Source of the DNA: Squalus acanthias
Taxonomy: Eukaryota
Assembly (NCBI GenBank): GCA_030390025.1
Contig: CM059431.1
Span: 127,598,001 to 127,662,000, forward strand
Length of the DNA: 64,000 bases
Reading direction: 5' to 3'
Under the pieces are notes generated by a model. It saw only the letters and a program-made list of their open reading frames with translations, ran no database searches and was not told the DNA's origin. How positions within the stretch are numbered: the first letter of the stretch is position 1; every line of letters begins with the position of its first letter. Positions 1 through 9,823 of this stretch are shown here, piece by piece. Both the position numbers and the translations under genes were made by a program.

Positions 1-597
1 AGACCAGACAGCTGGCTGGCGAGGCACCGGATGCATTCGTAGACAGGTTGTGGCCCGTGTATCTGAAAGTGTCGGGGGGAAATCTAGCCCGAGCACAGTT
101 GTTAGGGTCTCCCAGGAATCATTGGTTGAGGACCCTAGTGGCTAACAGCCTGCCACGGATCAGGGCCAGGGCGGAATCATGGTTCGACTCCGAGGATGTT
201 AATAATACAGAGCCAGGCATGTTAAGGAAACTGACTCTGGCTTTTAAATCCGACCGATGGGAGGAGAATAAACAAAAGGGAAAAGTGCACGAGATGAAGG
301 GAAGCGTGGATGGTAGAAAAGAATGGAAGCAGGAGTGGGGTAAGGTGGACAGATCCCAGGCGTGCTTTAATTGTGGTAGAATGGGACACTGGAACAGGGA
401 GTGCAAGTTCCCTAAAAGAGAAAAACCAGGATACAGGGGTCCCTCAGGGTCAAAACCGCGGGTAGTAGAGGCGAGGAAGGAGAGGGTAGAAGACCCGGTG
501 GAACTTCTAGTTATGGCAGGTTATGGGCAAAGACCAGGGAAAGCTGGACGCTGCCGTATGCAGTAAAAAGTCCAACACGCCCCCACTTCTCCCATGA
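1..597 (+). pseudogene. gag: Retroviral gag, C-terminal part (nucleocapsid zinc knuckle)
   Basis: ORF 48-566 contains CFNCGRMGHWNREC (CX2CX4HX4C). A probable 1-nt frameshift near 515 leads to TGA 595-597, in frame with the protease. Confidence 0.85.
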
Positions 598-1125
598 CTA
601 GGACGCACCCAGCCCGAGTACCTGTGCCCGCTCACCTATGATGAGTGGCGCAGACCTTGTGTAGAGATCAGGGTAGAGGCCATTCGGGGAAAGTATCTAG
701 TGGACACCGGAGCTTCCAGTACGGTGGTTCACTCACCAAACCCGACCACTTCTCCATGGTCGAGCAGGGTCCCGTTTAAGTTAGTGGGTTTCACAGGGAA
801 CGAGCAGGCTGGGGCGGTATCGAAACCTTTCTCTGTAGGGTTAGGACCCCTTGTCACTAAGTGGGAATGCGTACTGATGCAATGGGATCAGCCCGGCGCG
901 GGGGTCCTCGGAGCTGATTTTATGCTGGCCCACTATGTGATCGTGGAAATGAGAAACCACTGTCTATGGGGGGCAGTTGGTTCAGATAAACCTGAGGAAG
1001 TTCTAGTTATCCCCAAGGCGGAGAAAGTGAAAGGTAGCGCCTATACTATGAAGCCGAAGAGAAGCTATGACTTGGAACATTTGGTCCGTAGCACCCCGGA
1101 AAGATATCGGGGGTGTGAAAATTAA
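598..1125 (+). pseudogene. pro: Retroviral aspartyl protease
   Basis: Open frame from 598: ...RPCVEIRVEAIRGKYLVDTGASSTVV...GVLGADFM (DTG active site and LGxDF motif). Confidence 0.9.
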
Positions 1126-2518
1126 TCCCGCAGTGTTCACCACTCACCGACATGAATGTGGTAGGGTAACGGGGGTAGAGGTGGAGGTACACGGGGACCC
1201 AATGTCGCGACCTCAGAAACAGTATAGTTTTCCCCAGGAAGCAGAGAAGGACATGGAAACTGCACTGAGCTCCCTGGTGGAACAATGGGTACTGAGGCCG
1301 ATAGCGACCCACGTAAATTCACCCCTATGGCCAGTTAAGAAGCCCGATCAATCATGGAGAGCCACGGCAGACTACCGGGTTCTCGATAAAGGTATTCCGG
1401 CATGCGCGCCCACGGTAGCAGCAGTGGCCGATCTAATAGGGAATATCCCTGCGGAGGCAACGACGTTCACTGTATTGGACATAGCTAACGGGTTCTGGTC
1501 TATCCCAGTAAGATGGGAGGATCAGTATAAATTTGCCTTTACATTCAAAGGGCAACAGTATACGTGGACGTGCCTCCCGCAAGGGTTTCATAACAGTCCC
1601 TCGATTTTCCATCAGTGTATGGCTAATGCTTTAAACAATTTCAGTCAGCCTAGCTAGTTGATCCAATACGTGGATAACCTATTATTATTCTCAGAAAGTG
1701 CAGAGGACCACGGGCCACTACTGGACGAGCTACTAAAACTAATACAATAGCAAAATATTGCGGATGCTGGAAATCTGAAATAACAACAGAAAATGCTGGA
1801 AATACTCAGCAGGTCAGGCAGCATCCGTGGAGAGAGAAACAGAGTTAACGTTTCAGGTCTGGGACCCTTCATCATTCTGATCAAGGGTCCCAGACCTGAA
1901 ACGTTAACTCTGTTTCTCTCTCCACGGATGCTGCCTGGCCTGCTGAGTATTTCCAGCATTTTCTGTTGTTATTTGAGCTACTAAAACTGTTGGGGGAGGC
2001 AGGGTTTAAGGCAAACCCCAAGAAAGTCCAAATAGGACAGGAGGTGGTGAAATTATTAGGATTAACAATTAGGGCAGGGGCGAAGAGGAGGGCAGTACAG
2101 AAACTACCCGCCCCAAAGAGTGTAACTGGGGTGAGATCTTTTCTTGGTATGATAGGGTATTGCAGGGATTTTATTGAAGGCTATGCAGCCACGGAAGCCC
2201 CTTTGCTTAGATTCCTTAGGAAAGGAGTAGGATGGGAATGGGATGAGAGTTGTAAGGAGGCATTTACTCGCCTAAAGGAAAATTTACAAACTGCACCCGT
2301 ACTAGGAGCAATAAACGGGAACGAAGATTTTTATCTGGAGGTAGCAGCTACTGGGCATAATTTGAGTGCAGTGTTGCTCCAAGAACGGCATGACAAGTTA
2401 AGGCCAGTGGCTTATGCCTCCCGAGTCCTGACAGATGTAGCGAGGGGTTACTCGAACTGTGAAAGACACCTTTTGGCGAACTATTGGGCCGTCAAACGTT
2501 TCCAATTATTTACAGGGT
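1120..2518 (+). pseudogene. pol: Retroviral reverse transcriptase and first half of the degenerate RNase H (tether)
   Basis: NSPLWPVKKPD, VLDIANGFWS, LPQGFHNSP; catalytic motif reads YVDN (1667-1678) after an in-frame TAG; then RSFLGMIGYCRDFI and LRPVAYASR. Interrupted at 1741-1974 and at 2519. Confidence 0.92.
1741..1974. mobile_element. Palindromic Penelope-like non-autonomous insertion
   Basis: Inverted repeat of about 95 bp around 1875; 14-bp direct repeat GAGCTACTAAAACT at 1727-1740 and 1975-1988; degenerate hammerhead-like cores. Confidence 0.75.
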
Positions 2519-3575
2519 TGTGGCGGATCGCCACCTAAACGAGCGCAATCCACTTTTCCGTCCATTGACAATAAATCGGGCACCTTGCCTTTAAGGCACC
2601 TTGGGGGAGAAATTCAGTATCGCCCCATTTGGGGCGCAATTATCGGCCGGGCGCAAAGATTAGCGCCTGGCGCTAATTATCGCCACCGACTGCAAACTTG
2701 ACTTTTATTGCCCCTGGAGGTGATTAGATTGCTAAATCAGGCGCTTCACACCTGTCTTAAGGCGCAAAGGCCGTGGAGTGAGGCGCTACCTCAGAGCGCT
2801 GGCAAAGCTCATGTGATGTCAGTCAGCAATGGAACACACAAACAATGGCCCGGGCCAGTTCTTAAAGGGGATGGTTAATCTTGCTTTCCATCCACATCCT
2901 GCTCATTGCAGCCTTGAATCTCAGCCTGGAGAGACCTGCACATCAAATGTGCTGGAAAGAACAATGGAGAGTACCAGGCAAAGAGCTCAGAGTGCAGCCC
3001 CCACAGACTCTTCTAAATCGATACAAGGAATGGCAGATCAAAATGAACCTGCAAAGTGCTGCTCAGTACCCAAAACTCCTTCACACAATGTTGAATCTCT
3101 CCAGAAGTCTCTCTCTCTCTCTCTCTCAGAATGCGTCGTTCAAAAATGGCACCAAGAATAAAAGGCAGGAAGCGGTCACCTTTAAATAGCGCTCCCCCTT
3201 TCCCTTCATGACTGCAGAACGCTCCCCTCAACCTGTCGTTGCTAGCGTCAGGCGGTAAGGCAGGGGGCGCCACTCAATTTCCGCTCCGGGGCGTTACCGG
3301 GGCGTTACGCACTCGACTGACGTCACGATCTGCCGGCGCAGGAGATCGTGGCAGTAGTGTTTAGCGCCGCCGCAAAATGTCTAGTTAAGGCGCTAACGGG
3401 AGGCGCAACCAACTGAATTTTCCCCCCTTGCCTTTAAGGCAGGAGAAAAGGAGTGGGCGGGGCCTCGGAACTTCCAGATTCTAGTGTTAGCAGCCATCTT
3501 AGCAAGCAGATGTAATAAAAAGCTTTTGTGTTCCACACATGGTCTCGGCCTTAATTCGTGTTTCGCGGCAGCCAC
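2519..3575 (+). repeat. 5' LTR of the nested Gypsy element (contains MITE-A)
   Basis: Matches 6492-7493 outside the MITE; AATAAA near 3514. Confidence 0.9.
2603..3426 (+). mobile_element. PIF/Harbinger-type MITE, family A, copy 1
   Basis: TIRs GGGGGAGAAATTCAG / CTGAATTTTCCCCC; 3-bp TSD CTT (2600-2602, 3427-3429); homologous to 25579-26479 and 30817-31689. Confidence 0.85.
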
Positions 3576-6471
3576 CGCTACCAATGGGAGTTCATCACTG
3601 CCATGGTGCTCTCGCCTCTCATCGGTGCAGATTTCCTGTGCGCCCACGGCCTACTGGTAGACATCCCTCGACACCGCCTCGTGGACATGAACACCATGTC
3701 CCCCATTCTGGGCGCCATGGCCCCCCGTCAACCCGCCGACATGGCGTCACAGTGCCACGCCCGGGCCACGGATGACTACTCGGCACTCTTGGCCGAATTC
3801 CCGGCCCTTACCAATCCGACCTTCTCTGCGGAGGCCGCCAAACACGGGGTGAAACACTTCATCCCCACCACAGGCCCCCCAGTGTACGCCCACGCCCGCA
3901 GGCTGGACCCCGCCAAACTGGAGATCGCGCGGACCGAGTTTGCCACCATGGAACAGCTCGGCATCATCCGCCGCTCCAACAGTCCCTGGGCCTCCCCACT
4001 CCACATCGCCCCCAAACCAGGCGGGGGTTGGCGCCCCTGCGGGGATTACCGCCGCCTCAACGACGCCACCACCCCTGATCGGTACCCCGTGCCGCACATC
4101 CAGGACTTCTCGGCTAGACTGGCCGGCTGCTCAGTCTTTTCCAAGGTCGACCTGGTGCGCGGCTACCACCAAGTCCCCGTCCACCCCGCGGACGTCCCCA
4201 AGACGGCCGTAATCACCCCCTTCGGCCTTTTCGAGTTCCTGCGGATGCCCTTCGGCCTCAAAAACGCGGCCCAGGCATTCCAACGGCTCATGGACTCGGT
4301 CCTTCGGGACCTGAAGTTCCTGTTCGTCCACCTGGACGACATCCTGGTAGCCAGTTCCTCCAAGCAGGAACACCTCGAACACCTTCGCATCCTGTTCGGG
4401 CGCCTCAGCGACCACGGGCTCATCATCAGCCCAGCCAAATGCCAGTTCGGCCTGGACAAGATCAACTTCCTCGGCCACCACATCACCCATGCTGGGGCCA
4501 TTCCCTGCCCACCAAGGTGCAGGCCGTCCAACAATTTCCACCGCACCACCATCAAAGGCTTCCAGGAGTTCCTCGGGATGGTGAATTTCTACAACCGCTT
4601 CATCCCCAAAGTGGCGTCCCTCATGAGGCCCCTGTATGAAGCCTTCCGGGGCAGGAGCGGCAAGATGGCGGTCGAATGGACGGCAGACGCATCAGCCGCC
4701 TTCGACTCCACCAAGACCGCGCTCGCCAACGCCACCCTGCTCGCGCACCCACGGCCCAATACCAGGGTAGCGCTCACCACGGACGCCTCCGACCACGCGG
4801 TCGGCGCCATGTATGAGCAGTGGGTCGACGGCGCCTGGCAACTACTTGCCTTCTTCAGCCGCCAACTACGCCCCCCGGAGGTCAAGTACAGCACCTTCGA
4901 CCACGAGCTCCTTGCGCTGTTCCTGGCGGTCCGCCATTTTCGTTTTTTGCTGGAGGGCCACCCCTTCACTGCGTTTGTCGACCACAAGCCCCTGACATTC
5001 GCAATGGCAAAGACAACCGACCCCTGGTCCGCCAGGCAGCAGCGCCAGCTCGCGGCAGTGTCCGAGTTCACCACGGACATCCAACACGTCTCCGGCCGAG
5101 ACAATGTGGTAGCTGACTGCCTCTCCCGCCCCGCCATCCATGCCGCACACCTGGCAGTCGACTATGCTCAACTCGCAGCAGACCAGATCACCGACCCTGA
5201 TCTGCTCTCCGCACCTACCAACCTACCAGGGCTACGCCTGGCCGACGTCGCCTGTGGCCCGACCACAGTCATGGTCAAGTACGACATATCCCTACGTCAA
5301 CCTCGGCCCATCGTCCCAGCGTCCTGGCACCGCCGGGTATTCGAGATTCTCCACAACCTCTCCCACCCCGGCACCCGCGCATCCCTCAAATTGGTAGCCA
5401 ACCGCTTTGTCTGGCGCGGCCTTCGCAAGGATGTGCGTACTTGGGCCAACTCCTGCCTAGCTTGCCAACAGGCCAAGGTGAAGAAACACACAAAAGCACC
5501 CCTCAAGGAGTTTACCGTCCCCTCGCGGAGATTCGACCACATCCACGTGGACATCGTTGGGCCGCTGCCGCCGTCGCAAGGCCACACGCACTTGCTGACG
5601 ATCGTTGACCGCACCACGCGCTGGCCCGATGCAATTCCACTGACCTCTACCACCACCGCCGACATCGCCAGAGCCTTCGTCAGCACCTGGGTCGCACGGT
5701 TCGGCGTCCCCTCCGACATGACGTCCGACAGAGGTCCGCAATTTACCTCTGAACTCTGGACCGTCGCACGCAATCTCGGGGTGACCATTCACCGCACCAC
5801 AGCGTACCACCCCCAAGCCAACGGACTGTGTGAGCGATTCCAAAGATCCTTGAAGGTATCTCTTCGAGCCAGCCTCCAAGACGGCGCCTGGACCGACCGA
5901 CTTCCGTGGGTCCTCCTCGGCCTGCGCACCGCGGTTAAAGAAGACCTCCACGCATCGGCAGCAGAGCTCGTGTACGGTCAGCCGCTGCGCGTACCCGGCG
6001 AGTTCCTGCCCACTGCCACGACACCCTGGTCAGCCGACCAGCAACGCCACGACTTCGCCGCACCGCGCTGCAGTTCGCCCCGGTGCCCATTGCCGACACG
6101 GCGAATCCACCTCACACGTCCCACTAAGCCTGCACCAGGCACGGTTCGTTTTCATCCGGCACGACGCCTACCGCGGACCCCTTCAACCCCTGTACGACGG
6201 GCCCTACAAGGTGCTACAGGCTGGGGACAAATTTTTCACCCTGCAAGTGGGCGACAGGACCGAAAAAGTGTCAGTTGACCGACTCAAGCCAGCACACTCG
6301 GAGCCCGGTGAGCAGGTCCCTGTAGCTCGTCCACCGCCATGCGGCCAACCTGCCCTCAAGCCGGTTCACCCGGCTGCTCCACGCCCGGCCGTTCCACGTC
6401 CACTGGCGTCCTACAAGAGCCGCTCCGGCCGGCCCATCAGACCGCCGCACCGTCTTGTCCACACCTCCTAA
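3558..6471 (+). pseudogene. pol: Gypsy pol (protease C-terminus, RT, RNase H, integrase)
   Basis: 906-aa ORF with IGADFL, WASPLH, CGDYRRLN, MPFGLKNA, HLDD (normally YLDD), TDAS, HHCC zinc motif, VDIVGPLP, SDRGPQF, NGLCER. Compensating frameshifts near 4505-4545; integrase tail (VSVDRLKPA) in ORF 6211-6471. Confidence 0.93.
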
Positions 6472-6491
6472 GCGGATTCTGGGGGGAGCTG

Positions 6492-7493
6492 TGTGGCGGA
6501 TCGCCACGGGCGCAATCCACTTTTCCGTCCGTGGACAATAAATCGGGCACCTTGCCTTTAAGGCACCTTGGGGTAAAAATTGAGTCGCGCCCCATTTGGG
6601 GCGCTAACCTCGCCGGGGCGCGACTTTTAGCGCCCCGAAAAAATTAGCGGCCCCGCGCCGGAACTTCAGTGGTTGCGCCCCAAGAGGGAAGCGGGGCGCA
6701 ACTGGAAGCACCCCGCATCCCTCTTGGGGCGCTGCGAGTGAATATCCTGGCGCTACGTGCCGCAGCGCCACGCGCTGCGGCATGTCGCGCCGCGGTATTG
6801 CAGGCCTTCCTCCCCTTCTTAAAGGGGAGGGGCCTTGCGCAGCGCGAACCGGGGCCCAGCTGGGCTCCCAGGGATCGGGAGTGCCGGCAAAAGAGCCCGG
6901 CACTCAAGAGAAGTGCCGGGCTCTTGGAGCGCAGCCGGCACTTCACGGTGGGGGGGCTTCACGGGGGCCGGGGACAGCAACGGGGGCAGGTGCTGGCAGG
7001 CGGCCAGCAACAAAAATGGCCGCCTGCCACCTCCCCTTTAAATATCGCCGCCCCGGCCGCACGTACGCCCCCCTGAACCCGTCGGACATAGCGTCTGGCG
7101 GTAAATCAGGGGGCGCGACTGAAGATCACGGCCGGGGCGCGAGCGGGGCGCTGCGCACGGCGATGACGTCATCGCCGGCGGCGCAGCGCCACAGGGCGCT
7201 ACCGGCTGCCGCCGCCGCTAACCTCCCACTAAATTTTTCGGGAGGCGTGGGCGGCGCTGCGCCCGGGCGTTAGCTGCTTTACGCCCCATTAGCGCCCATT
7301 TAAGGCGCTAACGGGAGGCGCAAGCAGCTGAATTTTTCCCCCCTTGCCTTTAAGGCAGGAGAAAAGGAGTGGGCGGGGCCTCAGAGCCTTCCAGATTCTA
7401 GTGTTAGCAGCCATCTTAGCAAGCAGATGTAATAAAAAGCTTTTGTGTTTCACACATGGTCTCGGCCTTAATTCGTATTTCGCGGCAGCCACA
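6492..7493 (+). repeat. 3' LTR of the nested Gypsy element (contains MITE-B)
   Basis: TGTGGC...GCCACA termini, preceded by PPT; matches the 5' LTR outside the MITE. Confidence 0.9.
6570..7342 (+). mobile_element. PIF/Harbinger-type GC-rich MITE, family B, copy 1
   Basis: TIRs GGGGTAAAAATTGAG / CTGAATTTTTCCCCC; TSD CTT (6567-6569, 7343-7345); homologous to 61388-62102. Confidence 0.85.
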
Positions 7494-8200
7494 ACAGGGT
7501 CATCTTTAATAACCTTACTGACATGTCATACCCTGACACAGATGCTATTGGACGGGAGGATAAAAGATGGGACAGTGAGTAGCAGTCGTATTGCCCGCTG
7601 GACATTGCTACTCTCCCAGATGAACCTGAGGATGGAAAGATTGGCGGAACCTAAGCTGGCCTTGGACATGATTTATCCAGGGATGAATCACATGTGCACG
7701 GTAGAAGGGGTATGGGACGTAGACCTGGGATTCCGGGCCGGGCAACATCCGACAGGGAGAGATATATATGTGGATGGGTCCAACTCGGTGACAAATGGAG
7801 AGCGCAGAACAGCGTGTGGGATTTATGACCCTGGGGCTGGAATAGAATAAAGTCATCAAACTCCCCAGCACACTGAGCGCACAGCAGGCCGAGCTGGCGG
7901 CTGTAGCTTATGTGGTCACACATCCCGAGGAATTCCCAACCCCCTACATAATATGCTCAGACTCGATGTTCACGGGCAATTCTTGCACTGAATATCTGGC
8001 AATATGGGCTAGACGAGGATTCAAGTCCGCCGACAGGGAACCGTTAGTAATCGCTCCACTGCTGAACACAATCCTGGGCGTTACGGGCAATAAAGAGGAG
8101 TATTACATTCAAAAAGTAAAGGCGCACTCAAAAACCGGGCCTAAATGGAAAGGTAACCAGAAGGCCGACGAGTTGGCAAAAAGGGGGCCAGGGAGAGAAT
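7494..8200 (+). pseudogene. pol: ERV pol continued: end of tether plus second, retroviral-type RNase H
   Basis: SSRIARWTLLL, then IYVDGS, SAQQAELAAV, ICSDS, W.RRGF, KVKAHSK, GNQKADELAK; frameshifted. Confidence 0.9.
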
Positions 8201-8416
8201 ACTTTGGGACCCGTACCGAGCTGGACAGATCGTGGCCATAAGGGATATGGAGGGCCCACAGGAGGTGAAGTTGCCCCTAGACCTGACCCAGGTTCAAGCA
8301 CAAGATACGGTTTTGAAAACCGTGATTAAGAAAAGGGTAGAAGGGGAACCAATTGAGGGTCCTTTTGGAGCAGCATATATAGTGGTCAAAGAGGGGATGC
8401 TGTTTAAAGGGGAAAG

Positions 8417-9694
8417 GTGGATCGTGCCCGGGGGGAGTTTATGCAGCTAGCTCACGGGGGTCCGGGAGCTGGACACCCAGGGCTGGAAACTACCTGGAAG
8501 AAAGTGGAAGAGGTGGGTTGGTGGCCTCATCTCAGGGAAGAGGTGAAGGAATATTGCAGTGAGTGCCTAGTGTGCGCTGTGAATAATCCAGACCCCCACC
8601 ATAGAAAGGCACCTTTGGGACACGTTAGGAGGGTAGAGGGACCATGGCATTCTATACAAATAGACTTCATTGGACCCCTGCCCACCACAAAAGCAGGCAA
8701 CAAGTATTGTCTAGTGTTGGTGGACGTTTTTTCTAAGTGGGTTGAGGCCTTCCCTTGTCGAATAGCCAGAGCGTTAAACACGGCTAATATCCGAGTAAGG
8801 GATGTGTTCTCCCAATGGGGATTGCCCCAGGTAGTGGAATCAGATCAGGGGAGCCATTTCACAGGACAAGTCATGCAGACCACCCTGAAACTTTTCGGGA
8901 TACAGGGAAAATGGCATGTGGCCCACAACCCCCAATCATCGGGAATAGTGGAAAGGATGAACCAGACTTTAAAGGAAAGGCTTAGGAAGGAGATAGGGGG
9001 GTACCCAAAGAAATGGGACAAGGTCCTGCCTCTAGTTCTCATGAATATCAGGGCCAGCCTCTCCAAAAGCGCAGGACACTCTCCATATGAGCTGATGGCC
9101 GGTAGGGCGATGAGGACCCCGACTCATGTGTTGGTACCGGTCCAAACCGAAGCTCAAACGAGGGAGATCAACCGGGACAGGTTCGTAAAAGACCTGTATG
9201 AGACCTTGAGGAAAGTACAATGGGAAGCTGCAAATAACATGGGAAGCCAGCACCAGAAGAATAGAATGCTGTTAGAGCCACAGAAAGTACAGGAGTGGAA
9301 GGTAGGGGACCAGGTCATGGTGAGAAACTATGCCCGGGTAGGGGCTTTCGAGCCACTGTACATGGGGCCATACAGTATATTGAACAAGGCAAGTCCTATG
9401 GTTTACGCAGTGCAGCTGCCAAGATGGACAAAGTGGTTCCACATTAATCAATGTAAACTCTATGACCCCGGGAAGAGGGGAATAAAACGAACCAGAGCCC
9501 AGGGAACGATCATGAGTTTGACCAATGTAAGTTTTCCTCCCATGTTGTGGCATGATGATGAAAACCCAGAGAGCGGAGCGGTGAGAAGGAGCAGTCGAAC
9601 ACCCCGACCTAGGGTGCCTTGGACGCCTCCTCGCACACCGACCCCGAGCCGCAAGCGGTCCCAACCGGACAGTAAGGAAAAAGGGACGCTGTGA
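8417..9694 (+). CDS. pol: Retroviral integrase (open 425-aa frame; frameshift at its 5' edge)
   Basis: H..H..CLVC zinc motif, QIDFIGPLP, ESDQGSHF, SGIVERMN (DDE triad), GPY/SH3-like C-terminus and a basic Arg/Pro-rich tail. Confidence 0.9.
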   Translation: MDRARGEFMQLAHGGPGAGHPGLETTWKKVEEVGWWPHLREEVKEYCSECLVCAVNNPDPHHRKAPLGHVRRVEGPWHSIQIDFIGPLPTTKAGNKYCLVLVDVFSKWVEAFPCRIARALNTANIRVRDVFSQWGLPQVVESDQGSHFTGQVMQTTLKLFGIQGKWHVAHNPQSSGIVERMNQTLKERLRKEIGGYPKKWDKVLPLVLMNIRASLSKSAGHSPYELMAGRAMRTPTHVLVPVQTEAQTREINRDRFVKDLYETLRKVQWEAANNMGSQHQKNRMLLEPQKVQEWKVGDQVMVRNYARVGAFEPLYMGPYSILNKASPMVYAVQLPRWTKWFHINQCKLYDPGKRGIKRTRAQGTIMSLTNVSFPPMLWHDDENPESGAVRRSSRTPRPRVPWTPPRTPTPSRKRSQPDSKEKGTL

Positions 9695-9769
9695 TTGCAG
9701 CAATCACAGCATGTATAATATGTATATAACTTAAGTTTGACCTGTGGAGGGAAGACCTCTCACAGAGCA

Positions 9770-9798
9770 TTGCTATTTTTCTTTTCCTTTATTTGCAG
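9770..9798 (+). promoter_or_regulatory. Putative env splice acceptor
   Basis: Long polypyrimidine tract TTTTTCTTTTCCTTTATTTGCAG ending at 9798, 25 nt upstream of the signal-peptide ATG at 9824. Confidence 0.6.
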
Positions 9799-9823
9799 AT
9801 GCGAGTCGAACGGAGGATGCAGG

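Larger units (their letters stand above)
2519..7493 (+). mobile_element. Ty3/Gypsy LTR retrotransposon lacking gag, inserted in the ERV pol
   Basis: LTRs start TGTGGCGGATCGCCAC at 2519 and 6492; 3' LTR ends GCCACA at 7493; PPT GGGGGGAG 6481-6488; flanking direct repeat ACAGGGT (2512-2518, 7494-7500); host pol reads FQLFTG|SSLITLL across the insertion. Confidence 0.92.

Noticed and set aside
2829..3273. ORFs of 86-110 aa recurring in all three MITE-A copies
   Set aside because: Overlapping frames on both strands, no recognisable domain, and stops shift with the (CT)n tract; explained by recent copying.
3747..5951. Long antisense ORFs opposite Gypsy pol
   Set aside because: Expected shadow ORFs of a GC-rich coding strand.
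6604..7273. Many Ala/Arg/Gly/Pro-rich ORFs here and at 61611-62173
   Set aside because: By-product of GC-rich MITE-B sequence with few stop codons.
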